DNA of 64,000 nucleotides from Candidatus Dadabacteria bacterium CSP1-2 (GCA_001443445.1 LDXN01000008.1:3707-67706); one strand, 5' to 3'; positions 40,920-51,226 are shown, counted from the stretch's first letter. Notes: generated from the sequence alone by a model not told the origin. Translations and numbers: made by a program.

Positions 40920-41762
40920 GTGGAAGAAGTTAACTGCGGGGCAAGCAAAATGGTAACAAGAAAACCAGCAGTAGCAGGCAAATTTTATGAGGGAAATGCT
41001 GAGGAATTAATTAAGGAGCTAAGTCTATTAGTAAAACCACTCCCCGATGTTGAAAAGAAAAAGATCCTTGGAGGAATCTCTCCACATGCAGGATATATCT
41101 ACTCAGGTCATGTGGCGGGCGAACTTTATTCAAGAATACAAATACCTCAAAGAATCGTAATTCTCTCTCCCAACCACACAGGATACGGGGCAAGAATCTC
41201 TATATTTCCAGATGGATACTGGGAAACGCCCCTAGGTAATGTAAAGGTTGATTCAGAGCTTTGTACCCTTATTCAATCAAGGTATAAATCAATAGTAAGG
41301 GAAACGGATGCTCATCTTTTTGAACACTCGCTTGAAGTTCAACTGCCTTTCATTCAGCATCTAAAAAGCGATTTTCAGATAGCTCCAATTACGCTCATGC
41401 ACCTTACATTTAAAGAATGTGAAATCCTAGGGAGAGCAATTAGTGATTCAATCAGGGAAATGGGAGAAGAAGTCCTAATCATAGCAAGCTCAGATTTAAA
41501 CCACTATGAGGATCAAAAAGTAACTGAGAAAAAAGATATGATGGCAATAGGAAAGGTGCTTTCACTTGACCCTAAAGGGCTTCTTGATGTTAAGTCGAGG
41601 TATGGCATTTCAATGTGTGGAGTAATTCCTACAACCGTTATGCTCATTTTATGTCTTGAGCTTGGAGCAAAGAAAGCCGAACTCCTAAAACACGCTACAT
41701 CAGGTGATATAAGTGGAGATTACAACCACGTTGTCGGCTACGGGGCAATTTGGGTTTATTAA
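40920..41762 (+). CDS. MEMO1-family protein (AmmeMemoRadiSam system protein B)
   Basis: GGISPHAGYIYSG, SSDLNHY. The start is probably ATG 40950 (MVTRKPA). Confidence 0.8.
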   Translation: MEEVNCGASKMVTRKPAVAGKFYEGNAEELIKELSLLVKPLPDVEKKKILGGISPHAGYIYSGHVAGELYSRIQIPQRIVILSPNHTGYGARISIFPDGYWETPLGNVKVDSELCTLIQSRYKSIVRETDAHLFEHSLEVQLPFIQHLKSDFQIAPITLMHLTFKECEILGRAISDSIREMGEEVLIIASSDLNHYEDQKVTEKKDMMAIGKVLSLDPKGLLDVKSRYGISMCGVIPTTVMLILCLELGAKKAELLKHATSGDISGDYNHVVGYGAIWVY

Positions 41763-41933
41763 CCTCAATTATTTCTAGAAATAATCGTTAGAAAAACCTG
41801 ATTGAAAATTAGACATTTCATCCGAATCCACAAAAATCACAAATAAAAATTCAAAATTTACAAGATCACCTTTTGAATGCTATAATTTTAGTTAGAGTAC
41901 ATAGTTGTTAATTATTTCATAAAGGGAAATCCG

Positions 41934-42557
41934 ATGGCTAGACAAGCCGTAATTGAAGATCCAAAAGGTTTAGAAGTAGAAATAATAAGCATGTGCGATT
42001 CAACCAGGGAAATGCTTTCCGCAACACGAGATGGTTTTAAAAGACAGGATAAAGAAAGTCTAAATTATGCAGAAAAGATAGGTCGGGAAATCCACCAAAA
42101 AGAAAAGGAACTGACACATTCAATTATTTCCAAGTTTTCGAGAACAGAAGAACCTATTAAAGACGTAGAAGTGCTTGGTTTTCTTCCCGCACACCTCGAG
42201 AGAATCGGAGACAACATTGAACTTCTTATAAGATGCATAAGAACGATGGCATACGAAGGGACACTTTTTAGTGAAAGAGCGATAAAAGAAACAAATACGC
42301 TTTTTGATAAAGCTATCGAGCTTCTTGAATGCCTTCGTGATGCCCTAAAAACGAAAAATAAAGTACTAATAAGATACGTCAAAGAGGAAGGAGAAAAATT
42401 TCAGGATATGATTAGCGAATATTCTCTTGCGCACCAAGAGCGTTTGATTGAAGGCACATGCTTCTCAAAGGCTTCTTCTGTTTATCTTGCTATTCTAGAT
42501 TACCTTGCCGAGGTTGAAAGACATATAAGACAGATGGCAAATAATATCGTACTTTAG
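41934..42557 (+). CDS. PhoU-domain protein
   Basis: Two PhoU-like helical repeats with ERIGDN. Confidence 0.65.
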   Translation: MARQAVIEDPKGLEVEIISMCDSTREMLSATRDGFKRQDKESLNYAEKIGREIHQKEKELTHSIISKFSRTEEPIKDVEVLGFLPAHLERIGDNIELLIRCIRTMAYEGTLFSERAIKETNTLFDKAIELLECLRDALKTKNKVLIRYVKEEGEKFQDMISEYSLAHQERLIEGTCFSKASSVYLAILDYLAEVERHIRQMANNIVL

Positions 42558-42652
42558 TTGCTATTTTCCCTATTAAGATAGCTGAAATATAGAAATTATC
42601 TTTTAAATCCATATAATTAGAATAATTTAGTTATGCCGCCAAGGGAGGAAAC

Positions 42653-42847
42653 ATGAAAAGCCCAAAGAATATTATTACTCTAATAATTATTCTATTGATT
42701 GTGATTGTATTAGCACAAAACGCCAAAGCTGTAGATGTAAGGTTTCTCTTTTGGAACTTTTCTACATCTGCATTTATTATGTATCTAATTTTCTACGTTG
42801 TTGGTGTGATATCTGCACTTATCGGGATTGTTTGGCGAAAGATATAG
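42653..42847 (+). CDS. LapA-family (DUF1049) small inner-membrane protein
   Basis: 64 aa. TM-AQN-VxVxF-TM pattern. Confidence 0.5.
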   Translation: MKSPKNIITLIIILLIVIVLAQNAKAVDVRFLFWNFSTSAFIMYLIFYVVGVISALIGIVWRKI

Positions 42848-42857
42848 TAAAATTAAT

Positions 42858-42886
42858 GTAGAGACGACCCGACGGGTCGTCTCTAC
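42858..42886. terminator. 29-bp palindrome GTAGAGACGACCCGACGGGTCGTCTCTAC; bidirectional terminator candidate between the LapA-like gene and the ilvB-like gene
   Basis: 14-bp stem. Same palindrome as at 51627-51655. GTAG/CTAC termini. Confidence 0.6.
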
Positions 42887-42940
42887 TGAGAGGCCACCGG
42901 TTTTATTACAATACTAAATTTTCAAAAATCGTGAGAACCG

Positions 42941-44572
42941 TCATGCAAATATCAATAATCCACCGAATTTCTCCACTATCTTGAGATTCTCTCTATAGTC
43001 AACAGGACAATCTACAATAACAGGTTTGTTTTTTGAGAAGGCTTCTTCCAAAACAGGCTTAAGCTCCCCTGCGGCTTCGATTCTATACCCAATAGCACCG
43101 AAGCTTTCTGCAAATTTAACGAAATCCGGGTTTCCAAAGTTCACATGAGACTTTCTTCCAAAAGTAATCTGTTGTTTAATCTCTATGAGACTATAGCTTT
43201 TGTCGTGGAAAACCAAGCTCACGAACGGCACCTCTTCTCTTACGGCAGTTTCAAGTTCCTGTGAATTCATCAGAAATCCTCCATCTCCTGTGACGGTTAC
43301 TACTTTTCTCTCTGGATAAAGTAGCTTTGCTGCAATTGCACCAGGAACCCCAACACCCATTGATGCAAATCCATTTGAAATTATACATGTATTTGGTTTA
43401 TAACATGGATACACCCTAGCAACCCAGAGCTTATGGGCCCCGACATCGGAGATGACTATATCGTCCTCTCCCATTATATCCCTTAGATCAGAAAGAATCT
43501 TTTGTGGCTTTGGAGGAAAAGACTTGTCGTTTTTATATGCCTCACACTCTCTTAGTATCTGTTCTCTAAGAGCTTTTGAATAATTCGCTTCATTTTGCCT
43601 TGCTCTATCAGCAATCTCTCTAAGCGATATAGATATATCCCCTGTCACTCCAACACTTATTATATAGTGAGCATCAACTTCGGCAGGAGACATATCAATA
43701 TGAACGATTTTTTTGTCTCGATTTGGATTCCACTTCTCAGGGGAATATTCAACAATGTCATACCCTATCGTAATTATAACATCCGCTCTAGCCAATCCAG
43801 ACGCGATATAATCACCCGCTTGAAGACCAACTGTAAAAAGCGAAAGCTCGTTGTTATCAGAAAGTGCCCCCTTTCCCATAAAGGTATGCGCTACAGGAAT
43901 ATTTAATTTTTCGGCAAAATACAGAAGAGCATCTGCAGCCCTTTCTCTTATAACACCATTTCCAGCTAAAATCATCGGATATTTAGCCTCAGAAATTATT
44001 TTAGCTGCTCTTTCGACCTGGGCAGCAAGAGGCTCAGGGCTGAAAGGAAACTGTACAAAAAGAGGTTTTTCATTTACATCCATACCTGCTACATCTTCGG
44101 GAAAATCTATATGAGTTGCTCCAGGCTTTTCCGTCTCGGCAACTTTGAATGCTTTTCTCACAGCTTCCGGGATGACCTCTGGTTTTTTAATCTGAGTGTT
44201 CCACTTAGTTATAGGATGAAATATTCCTACAATATCAATGTATTGATGAGATTCCTTATGCATCCTATCAAGCGAAGCCTGCCCTGTAATCGCAACAATT
44301 GGAGCTCTATCCATATTAGCATCTGCTACACCTGTCATCAGGTTTGTGGCACCAGGTCCAAGTGTTGAAAGACAAACACCCGCCTTTCCACTCAACCTCC
44401 CATATACATCAGCCATGAAAGCCGCGCCCTGTTCATGGCGTGTTAATATAAACCGCATTTCTGAATCAAGAAGGGCATCCATGATATCAATATTCTCTTC
44501 CCCGGGGAGGCCAAATATATATTTAACCTTTTCATTTTCAAGACATTTCACAAGCAGTTCAGAAGCCTTCAT
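42941..44572 (-). CDS. thiamine-diphosphate enzyme, acetolactate synthase large subunit-like
   Basis: 543 aa with TPP N, central and C domains (GDGGF). Confidence 0.8.
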   Translation of the reverse strand: MKASELLVKCLENEKVKYIFGLPGEENIDIMDALLDSEMRFILTRHEQGAAFMADVYGRLSGKAGVCLSTLGPGATNLMTGVADANMDRAPIVAITGQASLDRMHKESHQYIDIVGIFHPITKWNTQIKKPEVIPEAVRKAFKVAETEKPGATHIDFPEDVAGMDVNEKPLFVQFPFSPEPLAAQVERAAKIISEAKYPMILAGNGVIRERAADALLYFAEKLNIPVAHTFMGKGALSDNNELSLFTVGLQAGDYIASGLARADVIITIGYDIVEYSPEKWNPNRDKKIVHIDMSPAEVDAHYIISVGVTGDISISLREIADRARQNEANYSKALREQILRECEAYKNDKSFPPKPQKILSDLRDIMGEDDIVISDVGAHKLWVARVYPCYKPNTCIISNGFASMGVGVPGAIAAKLLYPERKVVTVTGDGGFLMNSQELETAVREEVPFVSLVFHDKSYSLIEIKQQITFGRKSHVNFGNPDFVKFAESFGAIGYRIEAAGELKPVLEEAFSKNKPVIVDCPVDYRENLKIVEKFGGLLIFA

Positions 44573-44727
44573 GTTAATCCTTAATCAAAGTTTTATACTA
44601 ACTCCTACCCTTCCTAAATCAAATTTCAAAAGAATAAGTTACTAAGTAGAACCTGATAATATCGAATGCTATTTGAATTATCATAATACTTGTTTAGAAT
44701 TTTTACAAATTAAACCAAAGATGATTT

Positions 44728-45153
44728 TTAAAGAGGAGGCTCAATTTTTATCTTTGTTCCTAATTCGACCCCGGTTGCATCCTTAGGGTTCACTTCAAGC
44801 ACATATTTCGCAGGGCGAAGCGGCGTATAAACCTTGCATTCAGAATAGGGATTTTGTTTTCCAATACAGGGTTTAGCGTTCACAATGTGGACAATTATTC
44901 CATCACTATCAATCCATAGTATAGCTAGTTCAATTAATGTATCTTTCATCCAGAAACTAGGAAATGCTTCTCTATCATATATAAAAATCATTCCACAATT
45001 AGGACAGAGAGATTTTCTTCCTTGAAGACCTTTCTGCTTGTCCTTCGCTACCTCAGCTTCTATCTTTACATCGTTAGGTAGCGTTATCAAATAAGAATCC
45101 AAACCAGTTTCAGCTAGAACTAAAACTAAGAACAAAATAAGTTGCTTTATCAT
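44728..45153 (-). CDS. DUF192-family secreted protein
   Basis: Signal peptide, then MIFIYD...FWMKDTLIELAILWIDSDGIIV...YVLEV. Confidence 0.7.
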   Translation of the reverse strand: MIKQLILFLVLVLAETGLDSYLITLPNDVKIEAEVAKDKQKGLQGRKSLCPNCGMIFIYDREAFPSFWMKDTLIELAILWIDSDGIIVHIVNAKPCIGKQNPYSECKVYTPLRPAKYVLEVNPKDATGVELGTKIKIEPPL

Positions 45154-45161
45154 TGGATTTC

Positions 45162-45560
45162 CTACTTTTTAAAAACCCTTTTTACAAACCGGTCCTCATC
45201 AAGCTCCGAAATTAGATAGCCAATTTCATATTGATTACCTGGATAACAATAAAGCCTTATTCCCTGAGGTGTAATCAAAAACTTACCCTCCTTTTTTGTG
45301 CCATCGGGAAGCTTCACTTCATAAACCGTAAATCCCACAGTGCCTCCGCCAATATTCACAATCTTTCTTTCTTCTCTTAGTATTCTCACGCCTTCTGCTA
45401 TATCCCAAACCTTTGGATATATCTGACCTTTAACTTCTAGCTTCATATCAGTGTTATATTTAGTTTTCCGATCATGCCTGCTTGACGGGACAAGAATGTC
45501 TCGTCTATCCTGATTATTATGCACGGATAGGCGGGATTTTCGAATCCCGCCAGCCAACAA
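45162..45560 (-). CDS. hypothetical protein; probable real start at the internal MKLEVKG
   Basis: The N-terminal 36 codons of the ORF overlap hairpin repeats, so they are unlikely to be coding. Confidence 0.35.
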   Translation of the reverse strand: MLAGGIRKSRLSVHNNQDRRDILVPSSRHDRKTKYNTDMKLEVKGQIYPKVWDIAEGVRILREERKIVNIGGGTVGFTVYEVKLPDGTKKEGKFLITPQGIRLYCYPGNQYEIGYLISELDEDRFVKRVFKK

Positions 45561-45580
45561 TGCAGGACTCGAAAGTCCAA
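45527..45580. repeat. hairpin family C units (ATAGGCGGGATTTTCGAATCCCGCC and CAGGACTCGAAAGTCC)
   Basis: Relatives of GCGGGACTTTCCAGTCCCGC, seen at 51.28 and 52.10 kb. Confidence 0.7.
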
Positions 45581-45763
45581 CCTATCTAGTTTCATAAGAG
45601 TCCTCGATATAATTTTATTGTAACCCGAAGTTTAGAGCTATTTCTCGCATCTTATATTTCTCATCGTACATTTTGTTTGTAGTAGAGAGAATTCAATGCA
45701 CCATATACCTACGCCAAGGCGATCTGCTTACTTTCTTTAATACATAAATTCTAATGAGAACAC

Positions 45764-46213
45764 TCAAATCACAAAAAATCTCTTGAAAACTTCAACCCTA
45801 GAAATCATACCTACACAGGTTAGGAGTAAGTCCAGCTTTTTATTTCGTTCATACACAAACCGCGCTTTTAATTCTCCTCCACAATACTGGCAATTTGATT
45901 CTTCAGCCCATTTGTCACACTTCTCACAATACTCACCCTTTTCGTTATACCAGGTAAATAGGGAATAAACTAACTCATTTAATCCTCTTTTACCCAAAGA
46001 ATCAGACCAATCACTAAGAGCCTCTTTTATACCTTTTCGGAATCTCTGCGGGACTTCAGTCAGATCACCCGAATAAATTTCTTCTTTATCCACATAAATC
46101 CTAAAGAAAAAGTCCATCTTCTTACTTAATCCGTGATTCGTGTATTGTGGATTGTGGATCGTTTTTTGTGAACCGAATCGTTCGACTGAGCTCACGACGA
46201 AGTCACGAAACAC
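45764..46213 (-). CDS. hypothetical zinc-ribbon protein (CxxC...CxxC); probable start at the internal MDFFFR
   Basis: CEKCDKW...CQYCGG. The upstream part of the ORF overlaps the heptamer repeat array. Confidence 0.4.
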   Translation of the reverse strand: MFRDFVVSSVERFGSQKTIHNPQYTNHGLSKKMDFFFRIYVDKEEIYSGDLTEVPQRFRKGIKEALSDWSDSLGKRGLNELVYSLFTWYNEKGEYCEKCDKWAEESNCQYCGGELKARFVYERNKKLDLLLTCVGMISRVEVFKRFFVI

Positions 46214-46226
46214 TAGTCACGAACCA
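46131..46226. repeat. heptamer arrays (TCGTGTA/TTGTGGA... on the top strand, TTCGTG-type on the bottom strand) in convergent arrangement
   Basis: Read directly. Shares CACTAGTCACGAWCCAC with 28981-28998 and the CGTGWWT unit with the glgA 3-prime array. Confidence 0.65.
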
Positions 46227-46335
46227 CCAGTTAGTCTCCACAACCTTCCTGGTATCCACAGTACTTGCACATAGCATGACAACCAATCCTCATTAGAGGC
46301 TACTACAATTAGGACATATAGTAATATCTTCAGCT

Positions 46336-46854
46336 TCATCTTTCGCTGAACCTTCTTGAGTCATAGTCTTTTAGTGTTTTACCTAAGATTTGTGGATTAT
46401 TTTGAATATATTCCCTGATTTTGTTTAATCCATCTTCATTACGAATTATATGTTCATAATAGTTACGCTGCCATAATGGAATTCCTGGTGTTTGATGAAT
46501 ATCATTAATTAGTATTGAATTGGAAACGGGTCTGCCAAATTGTTCAAATGTAGGGGCACGTTGCAACGTGCCCCTACTATCATTGTTAATAACAATAATA
46601 ATTCCGTGAAAATGGTTGGGCATTACAATATACTCATCCAATATCAAATTTCTTCGCAAGTCAAATGTTTTTAGCCATTCTGTTTTAACAATTTCGCCTA
46701 ATTGGTTTAATACTATTTCCCCACCTACTACATCACCAAAAACACATTCTCCTTTTTGTGTACATACCGTTATAAAATATGCCCCTGGCTGTGAATAATC
46801 GTATTCTTTCAATCGAACCGACCTTCTATGATGAATATCAGGATTGTATTTCAT
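46336..46854 (-). CDS. RAYT copy C, with an in-frame REP-like insert and a divergent/shortened C-terminus
   Basis: HRRSVRLKEYDYSQPGAYFIT, MPNHFHGII, WQRNYYEH. The insert is translated as DSRGTLQRAPTF. Confidence 0.75.
   Translation of the reverse strand: MKYNPDIHHRRSVRLKEYDYSQPGAYFITVCTQKGECVFGDVVGGEIVLNQLGEIVKTEWLKTFDLRRNLILDEYIVMPNHFHGIIIVINNDSRGTLQRAPTFEQFGRPVSNSILINDIHQTPGIPLWQRNYYEHIIRNEDGLNKIREYIQNNPQILGKTLKDYDSRRFSER
46550..46577. repeat. REP-like palindrome GTAGGGGCACGTTGCAACGTGCCCCTAC inside RAYT copy C
   Basis: 27/28 identical to the intergenic copy at 11174-11201. Confidence 0.85.
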
Positions 46855-47051
46855 ACTAACCTTACCCTCCTATATATTCACAAACACACACCTAACACAA
46901 TAAATCCCGTCCCCTTGTTCTTTTGAGCAACCGCAAGGGTTGTCCCTAAAAATATTATCACGTCTATATCCATTAACCCTGTATTCTCCCCCTTATAATA
47001 GAAACGAAATTTAGAATCTTTACTATTATAGGTAATTACAGAAGCCCTGGC

Positions 47052-49172
47052 TTACCGAACTACAAAAGTCCTTATAGTCTCAGCGAGTACGTTTGGATCA
47101 TTAGTAGGCTCCGCGCATCTGGTACCAGCACAGACGCAAGCAACAGGTGATTTTAATTTTGATATTTCCTGGATAGTTTGAGATAGGTTCCCTAGCTCAC
47201 TATTAGATGAGTTTATCTGAATAACGATTTTATGCGGTCTGTAAATCGACCATGCAGTTCTTAGAAGTTCTTCTACCCTTTGATCATCCCTTTCACCAAC
47301 AATAACAACCCGAGGCGGATGTTTGACGTGATTATGTAAAGCAAGAAAGTAAGTGGCTGCGTAAAGACCGAATTTCTCAGCGACTCCACTAAAATACATT
47401 AGTGTATTCTCTGAATATTCTCGATAACGATAATCATCTGTTAGATAGTGTAATCTGTCGAAAAAGGCTGCGGCGCTTGCGTTGGGTGACGGTATTGGGT
47501 CATCCTGAATTGGCTTAAAACGATTCTTTAATATGACTACTCTATCATTCGTCTCTTCTATATCGAAGAATCCCCCGTTTCTTTCATCATAGAATTTCTG
47601 GGTGACCAAATTAGCCAGATTAATTGCCTTTCCAAAATAAAAACCATTTCCCGAGGTCTCGTAAGCATCTAGACATGCAATCCCCATTTTTACTTGATCA
47701 TCAAGAAATCCGACGACTTTTGCTCGTCCATCAAAATAGGTGTGACAAAAACCTATTCCTTCTTCAAAGCAGTTTCTAAGTAGAAAATCTAGAGTCTTTA
47801 TGGCTAAATCCCTTGCTCCTTCATCTCCTAGAACCTTGTAAGCCAGAAGAAAAGCTGAAACCATCATGGCGTTCCAATTTGTATAAATTATCTTATCTAC
47901 ATATGGAGTAGGTCTTCTTTTTCGTGCTTCAAAAAGACGACTCTTTCCTGATTCTATTAACTCCCTCACTTTCTCATTAGAAATATTAAGCCTTCTTGCA
48001 ATCTCTTCTGATTCCATATCAATAAAAAGAAGATTCTTCGCAGGATTGTGCTTCATCTCGCCTCGTGAGTAAATATTGTAATAAAGAGATATAACCTTGG
48101 CCTCCTCAGAACTAAGAGCATCTTCTACCTCCTCCTTTGTCCATGTGAAGTAATCACCATCGTCGTGAAGGTCAATATCAGCATCCTGACTTCCATAAAA
48201 CCCTCCATTTTCTTGGTCAGAAAGAACATCCATCACAAAACCTATAATTCCTTCTGCTATGCGACGGAAAAAATCGTTACCTGTAACCTGATATGCTAGA
48301 AGATAGGTTTTTAAATGTTCGGAGTTGTCATAGGACATCTTCTCAAAGTGAGGAACGATCCATTGAGCATCTACAGAATAGCGATGGAATCCGCCTCCAA
48401 TCTGGTCATACATTCCTCCCTTTGCACTTTTTGTGAGTGTTTTATCTATTATGTGTAAGAACTCTTCGTCTTTGGTTTCAAAGTAACGAGCAAGTAGGAG
48501 TTCGACTGCACCAGAATGCGGGAATTTCGGCGCAACTCCAAACCCGCCATTTACCGAGTCGAATGAATCCATCATATTTTCAATAGCTCTATCGACTAAG
48601 AGAATGTTAAGCTCACCAGGGGATGACTCAAATTGATTTGCTAGCAAAAGCGCCTGGTAGATTTTATTTGACTCGGAAACGACAGCCTCTTTATTTTTTC
48701 TGTAATAATCAATAACCCTATTGAGCACATTACGAAAAGAAGGTAGGTTTTGTGTATCTCTAGAAGGGAAATAGGTGCCCCCAAAAAATACCTTTCCTTC
48801 CGGTGTCATAAATCCAGTAAGAGGCCAGCCACCTTGACCTGTAAGAGCACTTACCGCCTGCTGGTATCTTCTATCAACATCTGGTCTTTCATCCCGATCC
48901 ACTTTTATTGCGATAAAATTCGCGTTGATTATTTTTGCAATCTCTTCATCCTCATAACTTTCCCTGTCAATAACATGGCACCAGTGGCACCATACAGCAC
49001 CGATATCTAGGAGAATAGGACGGTCTAATTCTTTTGCCTTCTGGAAAGCCTCTTCACACCAAGGATACCAGTCTACAGGCTGATGACTCGCGCTTCTTAA
49101 ATACGCACTTGATTCATCTGCTAACCGATTCTTTCCTTCTTGTGTCACCATTTCACTCATAATAACTTTCAA
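47052..49172 (-). CDS. thioredoxin-domain protein, DUF255/YyaL family (thioredoxin plus six-hairpin glycosidase-like)
   Basis: 706 aa. N-terminal VWCHWCHVIDRESYED. Confidence 0.8.
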   Translation of the reverse strand: MKVIMSEMVTQEGKNRLADESSAYLRSASHQPVDWYPWCEEAFQKAKELDRPILLDIGAVWCHWCHVIDRESYEDEEIAKIINANFIAIKVDRDERPDVDRRYQQAVSALTGQGGWPLTGFMTPEGKVFFGGTYFPSRDTQNLPSFRNVLNRVIDYYRKNKEAVVSESNKIYQALLLANQFESSPGELNILLVDRAIENMMDSFDSVNGGFGVAPKFPHSGAVELLLARYFETKDEEFLHIIDKTLTKSAKGGMYDQIGGGFHRYSVDAQWIVPHFEKMSYDNSEHLKTYLLAYQVTGNDFFRRIAEGIIGFVMDVLSDQENGGFYGSQDADIDLHDDGDYFTWTKEEVEDALSSEEAKVISLYYNIYSRGEMKHNPAKNLLFIDMESEEIARRLNISNEKVRELIESGKSRLFEARKRRPTPYVDKIIYTNWNAMMVSAFLLAYKVLGDEGARDLAIKTLDFLLRNCFEEGIGFCHTYFDGRAKVVGFLDDQVKMGIACLDAYETSGNGFYFGKAINLANLVTQKFYDERNGGFFDIEETNDRVVILKNRFKPIQDDPIPSPNASAAAFFDRLHYLTDDYRYREYSENTLMYFSGVAEKFGLYAATYFLALHNHVKHPPRVVIVGERDDQRVEELLRTAWSIYRPHKIVIQINSSNSELGNLSQTIQEISKLKSPVACVCAGTRCAEPTNDPNVLAETIRTFVVR

Positions 49173-49324
49173 AATTAAACAATTAGTGGCTCATCTTCAA
49201 ATAGGATAGGCAATTTTATGGGCAAAGGCATGCCTTGTCCCTACTTTGCTGTCCACAAGCAAGCCTGTTCCGATGTATTCTACTTAGTCTTAGCCATACT
49301 CAGAACAAACGGGAGCTCATTATT

Positions 49325-49470
49325 ATCCGAGGCTGGAAAACCTCGGCTATCGTTATGTAATTATTTGTATGGAACCTTCGATAGTCGCGACTTTCCAGTC
49401 GCGGATTTTTATAATTGGAATTTATCTCGGCATGGCCTGCCCTGAGCCAGGTCCCCGATTTAATCGGGGA
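49325..49470. repeat. cluster of short GC hairpins (CCGAGG-CTGGAAAA-CCTCGG; CGCGACTTTCCAGTCGCG; CCCCGATTTAATCGGGG) in the DJ-1 to DUF255 spacer
   Basis: The 38-mer TCGATAGTCGCGACTTTCCAGTCGCGGATTTTTATAAT recurs at 51362-51400 with 2 mismatches. Confidence 0.75.
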
Positions 49471-49497
49471 AGGGATGCCGCTCCTACGACACATAGG

Positions 49498-50028
49498 TTA
49501 CCCCTTTTTTTCTTTTATTGCCTTAATAATCTCGCGCATAAAGGCAGGCAGGTCATCTGGGATGCGTGATGTCACCAAGTTTCCATCTCTTACAACCTCA
49601 GCATTTATATACTCAGCTCCTGCATTTACAATGTCATCCCTAATAGCACTAACGCAGGTCACCTTTTTACCCTTTAGTATTCCTGCCGAGACCAACACCC
49701 ATCCAGCATGGCAGATAGCTCCAATTACCATGCCATGATCAAAGGCATCTTTAACCAGTCTTAACATCGCAGGGTAACGGCGCATATAATCTGGAGCATA
49801 GCCTCCGGGGACAATGACACAATCGAAATCTACACCCTTAACCTTGTCTGCCGAAGTGTCCACTTTTACTGGATAACCATGTTTACTGTTATACGTGTCA
49901 GAACTTCCACTTCCTACTACAATTACCTCCGCTCCTTCTTCTCTAAACCTATAAAGCGGATACCAAAGTTCTAATTCTTGATATTGGTTCTCAGCTAAGA
50001 TCGCAACCCTTTTCCCTTTTAGTTCCAT
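49498..50028 (-). CDS. DJ-1/PfpI family protein
   Basis: Nucleophile elbow AICHAGWVL. Confidence 0.85.
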   Translation of the reverse strand: MELKGKRVAILAENQYQELELWYPLYRFREEGAEVIVVGSGSSDTYNSKHGYPVKVDTSADKVKGVDFDCVIVPGGYAPDYMRRYPAMLRLVKDAFDHGMVIGAICHAGWVLVSAGILKGKKVTCVSAIRDDIVNAGAEYINAEVVRDGNLVTSRIPDDLPAFMREIIKAIKEKKG

Positions 50029-50094
50029 GATTGCCTCCTTGACTAGGAATTGGGAATTAGGATTAATTCCTAACTCCTAATGCCTAATTCCTAA

Positions 50095-51165
50095 TCAAAT
50101 CCTTGCAACCTTCGCCATTAGTAAATGATCAACTAAGACCAGGTTTACCATTGCCTCAGCGATGGGAACTGCCCTCGGACAAAGGCAAGGATCATGCCTA
50201 CCTTTTACAACAAGATCCTTAATGTTGCCATACTTATCCACTGTTTCTTGAGTCTTTGAAATTGAAGAGGTTGGTTTTATAGCAATCCTAACTACCAGAT
50301 TCTCTCCAGTTGTTATTCCACCCTGGATTCCGCCTGCATTGTTTGTTTTAAATCTGAGTCTATTAGAATCATCCATATACATAACATCATTGACCTCAGA
50401 CCCTTTTCTTCTTGAAACCTCAAAACCCATTCCTACTTCAAACCCCCTTATCCCACCTATACTCATAAGGGCTTGCGCAAGGTCGGCGTCCATTTTATTA
50501 AACACAGGGTCGCCAAGACCTGGCGGGACACCGATTGATACAACCTCAACTGTCCCACCGATTGAATCCCCTTCATGCCTAACCTTCTCAATTAGGTCTA
50601 TCATCTCAATAGCCTTTTCAGAATCCGGGCATCTAACTGGATTATTTTCAATCTCATTAAAATCTATTTCCTCAGCCACAATATCTCCAATTTGCTTTAC
50701 ATAGCCAATAGTCTTTACTCCGTTTAAATTCAGGATTTTCTTTGCAAAAGCCGCGGCGGCAACACGTCCGACTGTTTCTCTCGCAGAAGACCTCCCGCCA
50801 CCTCTCCAGTCTCTCACTCCGTATTTAACGTCATAGGTATAATCCGCATGGCCAGGGCGATAAGTGTCCTTTATGTCTTCATACGATTTTGAAATCACAT
50901 CTACATTCTTAATCATAAGTGAAATGGGTGTACCAAGGGTTTTTCCTTCAAAGACGCCTGAGAGCATCTCTACCTTATCTGGCTCTTTTCTCTGAGTGGT
51001 TACTTTACTCTGACCAGGGCGACGACGATCGAGTTCATATTGGATTTCCTCTTCCGAGATCTCAAGCCCTGCAGGACAGCCATCTATTATTACCCCAAGA
51101 GCAGGACCGTGAGATTCACCCCAGGTAGTTATCTGAAAAAGCCTACCAAAAGAATTTCCAGGCAT
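50095..51165 (-). CDS. aroC: chorismate synthase
   Basis: 356 aa. GESHG, the RPGHAD signature and GRSSARET. Confidence 0.9.
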   Translation of the reverse strand: MPGNSFGRLFQITTWGESHGPALGVIIDGCPAGLEISEEEIQYELDRRRPGQSKVTTQRKEPDKVEMLSGVFEGKTLGTPISLMIKNVDVISKSYEDIKDTYRPGHADYTYDVKYGVRDWRGGGRSSARETVGRVAAAAFAKKILNLNGVKTIGYVKQIGDIVAEEIDFNEIENNPVRCPDSEKAIEMIDLIEKVRHEGDSIGGTVEVVSIGVPPGLGDPVFNKMDADLAQALMSIGGIRGFEVGMGFEVSRRKGSEVNDVMYMDDSNRLRFKTNNAGGIQGGITTGENLVVRIAIKPTSSISKTQETVDKYGNIKDLVVKGRHDPCLCPRAVPIAEAMVNLVLVDHLLMAKVARI

Positions 51166-51226
51166 AGGGAAATTTTATATCAGTAGGAAAGGCATTGCAA
51201 ATACTTTAACGGATTAGGGAAGATTA

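Noticed and set aside
49218-49738. Four overlapping small ORFs in the DJ-1 to DUF255 spacer
   Set aside because: They overlap each other and the hairpin repeats on both strands. No RBS or motif. Treated as non-coding.
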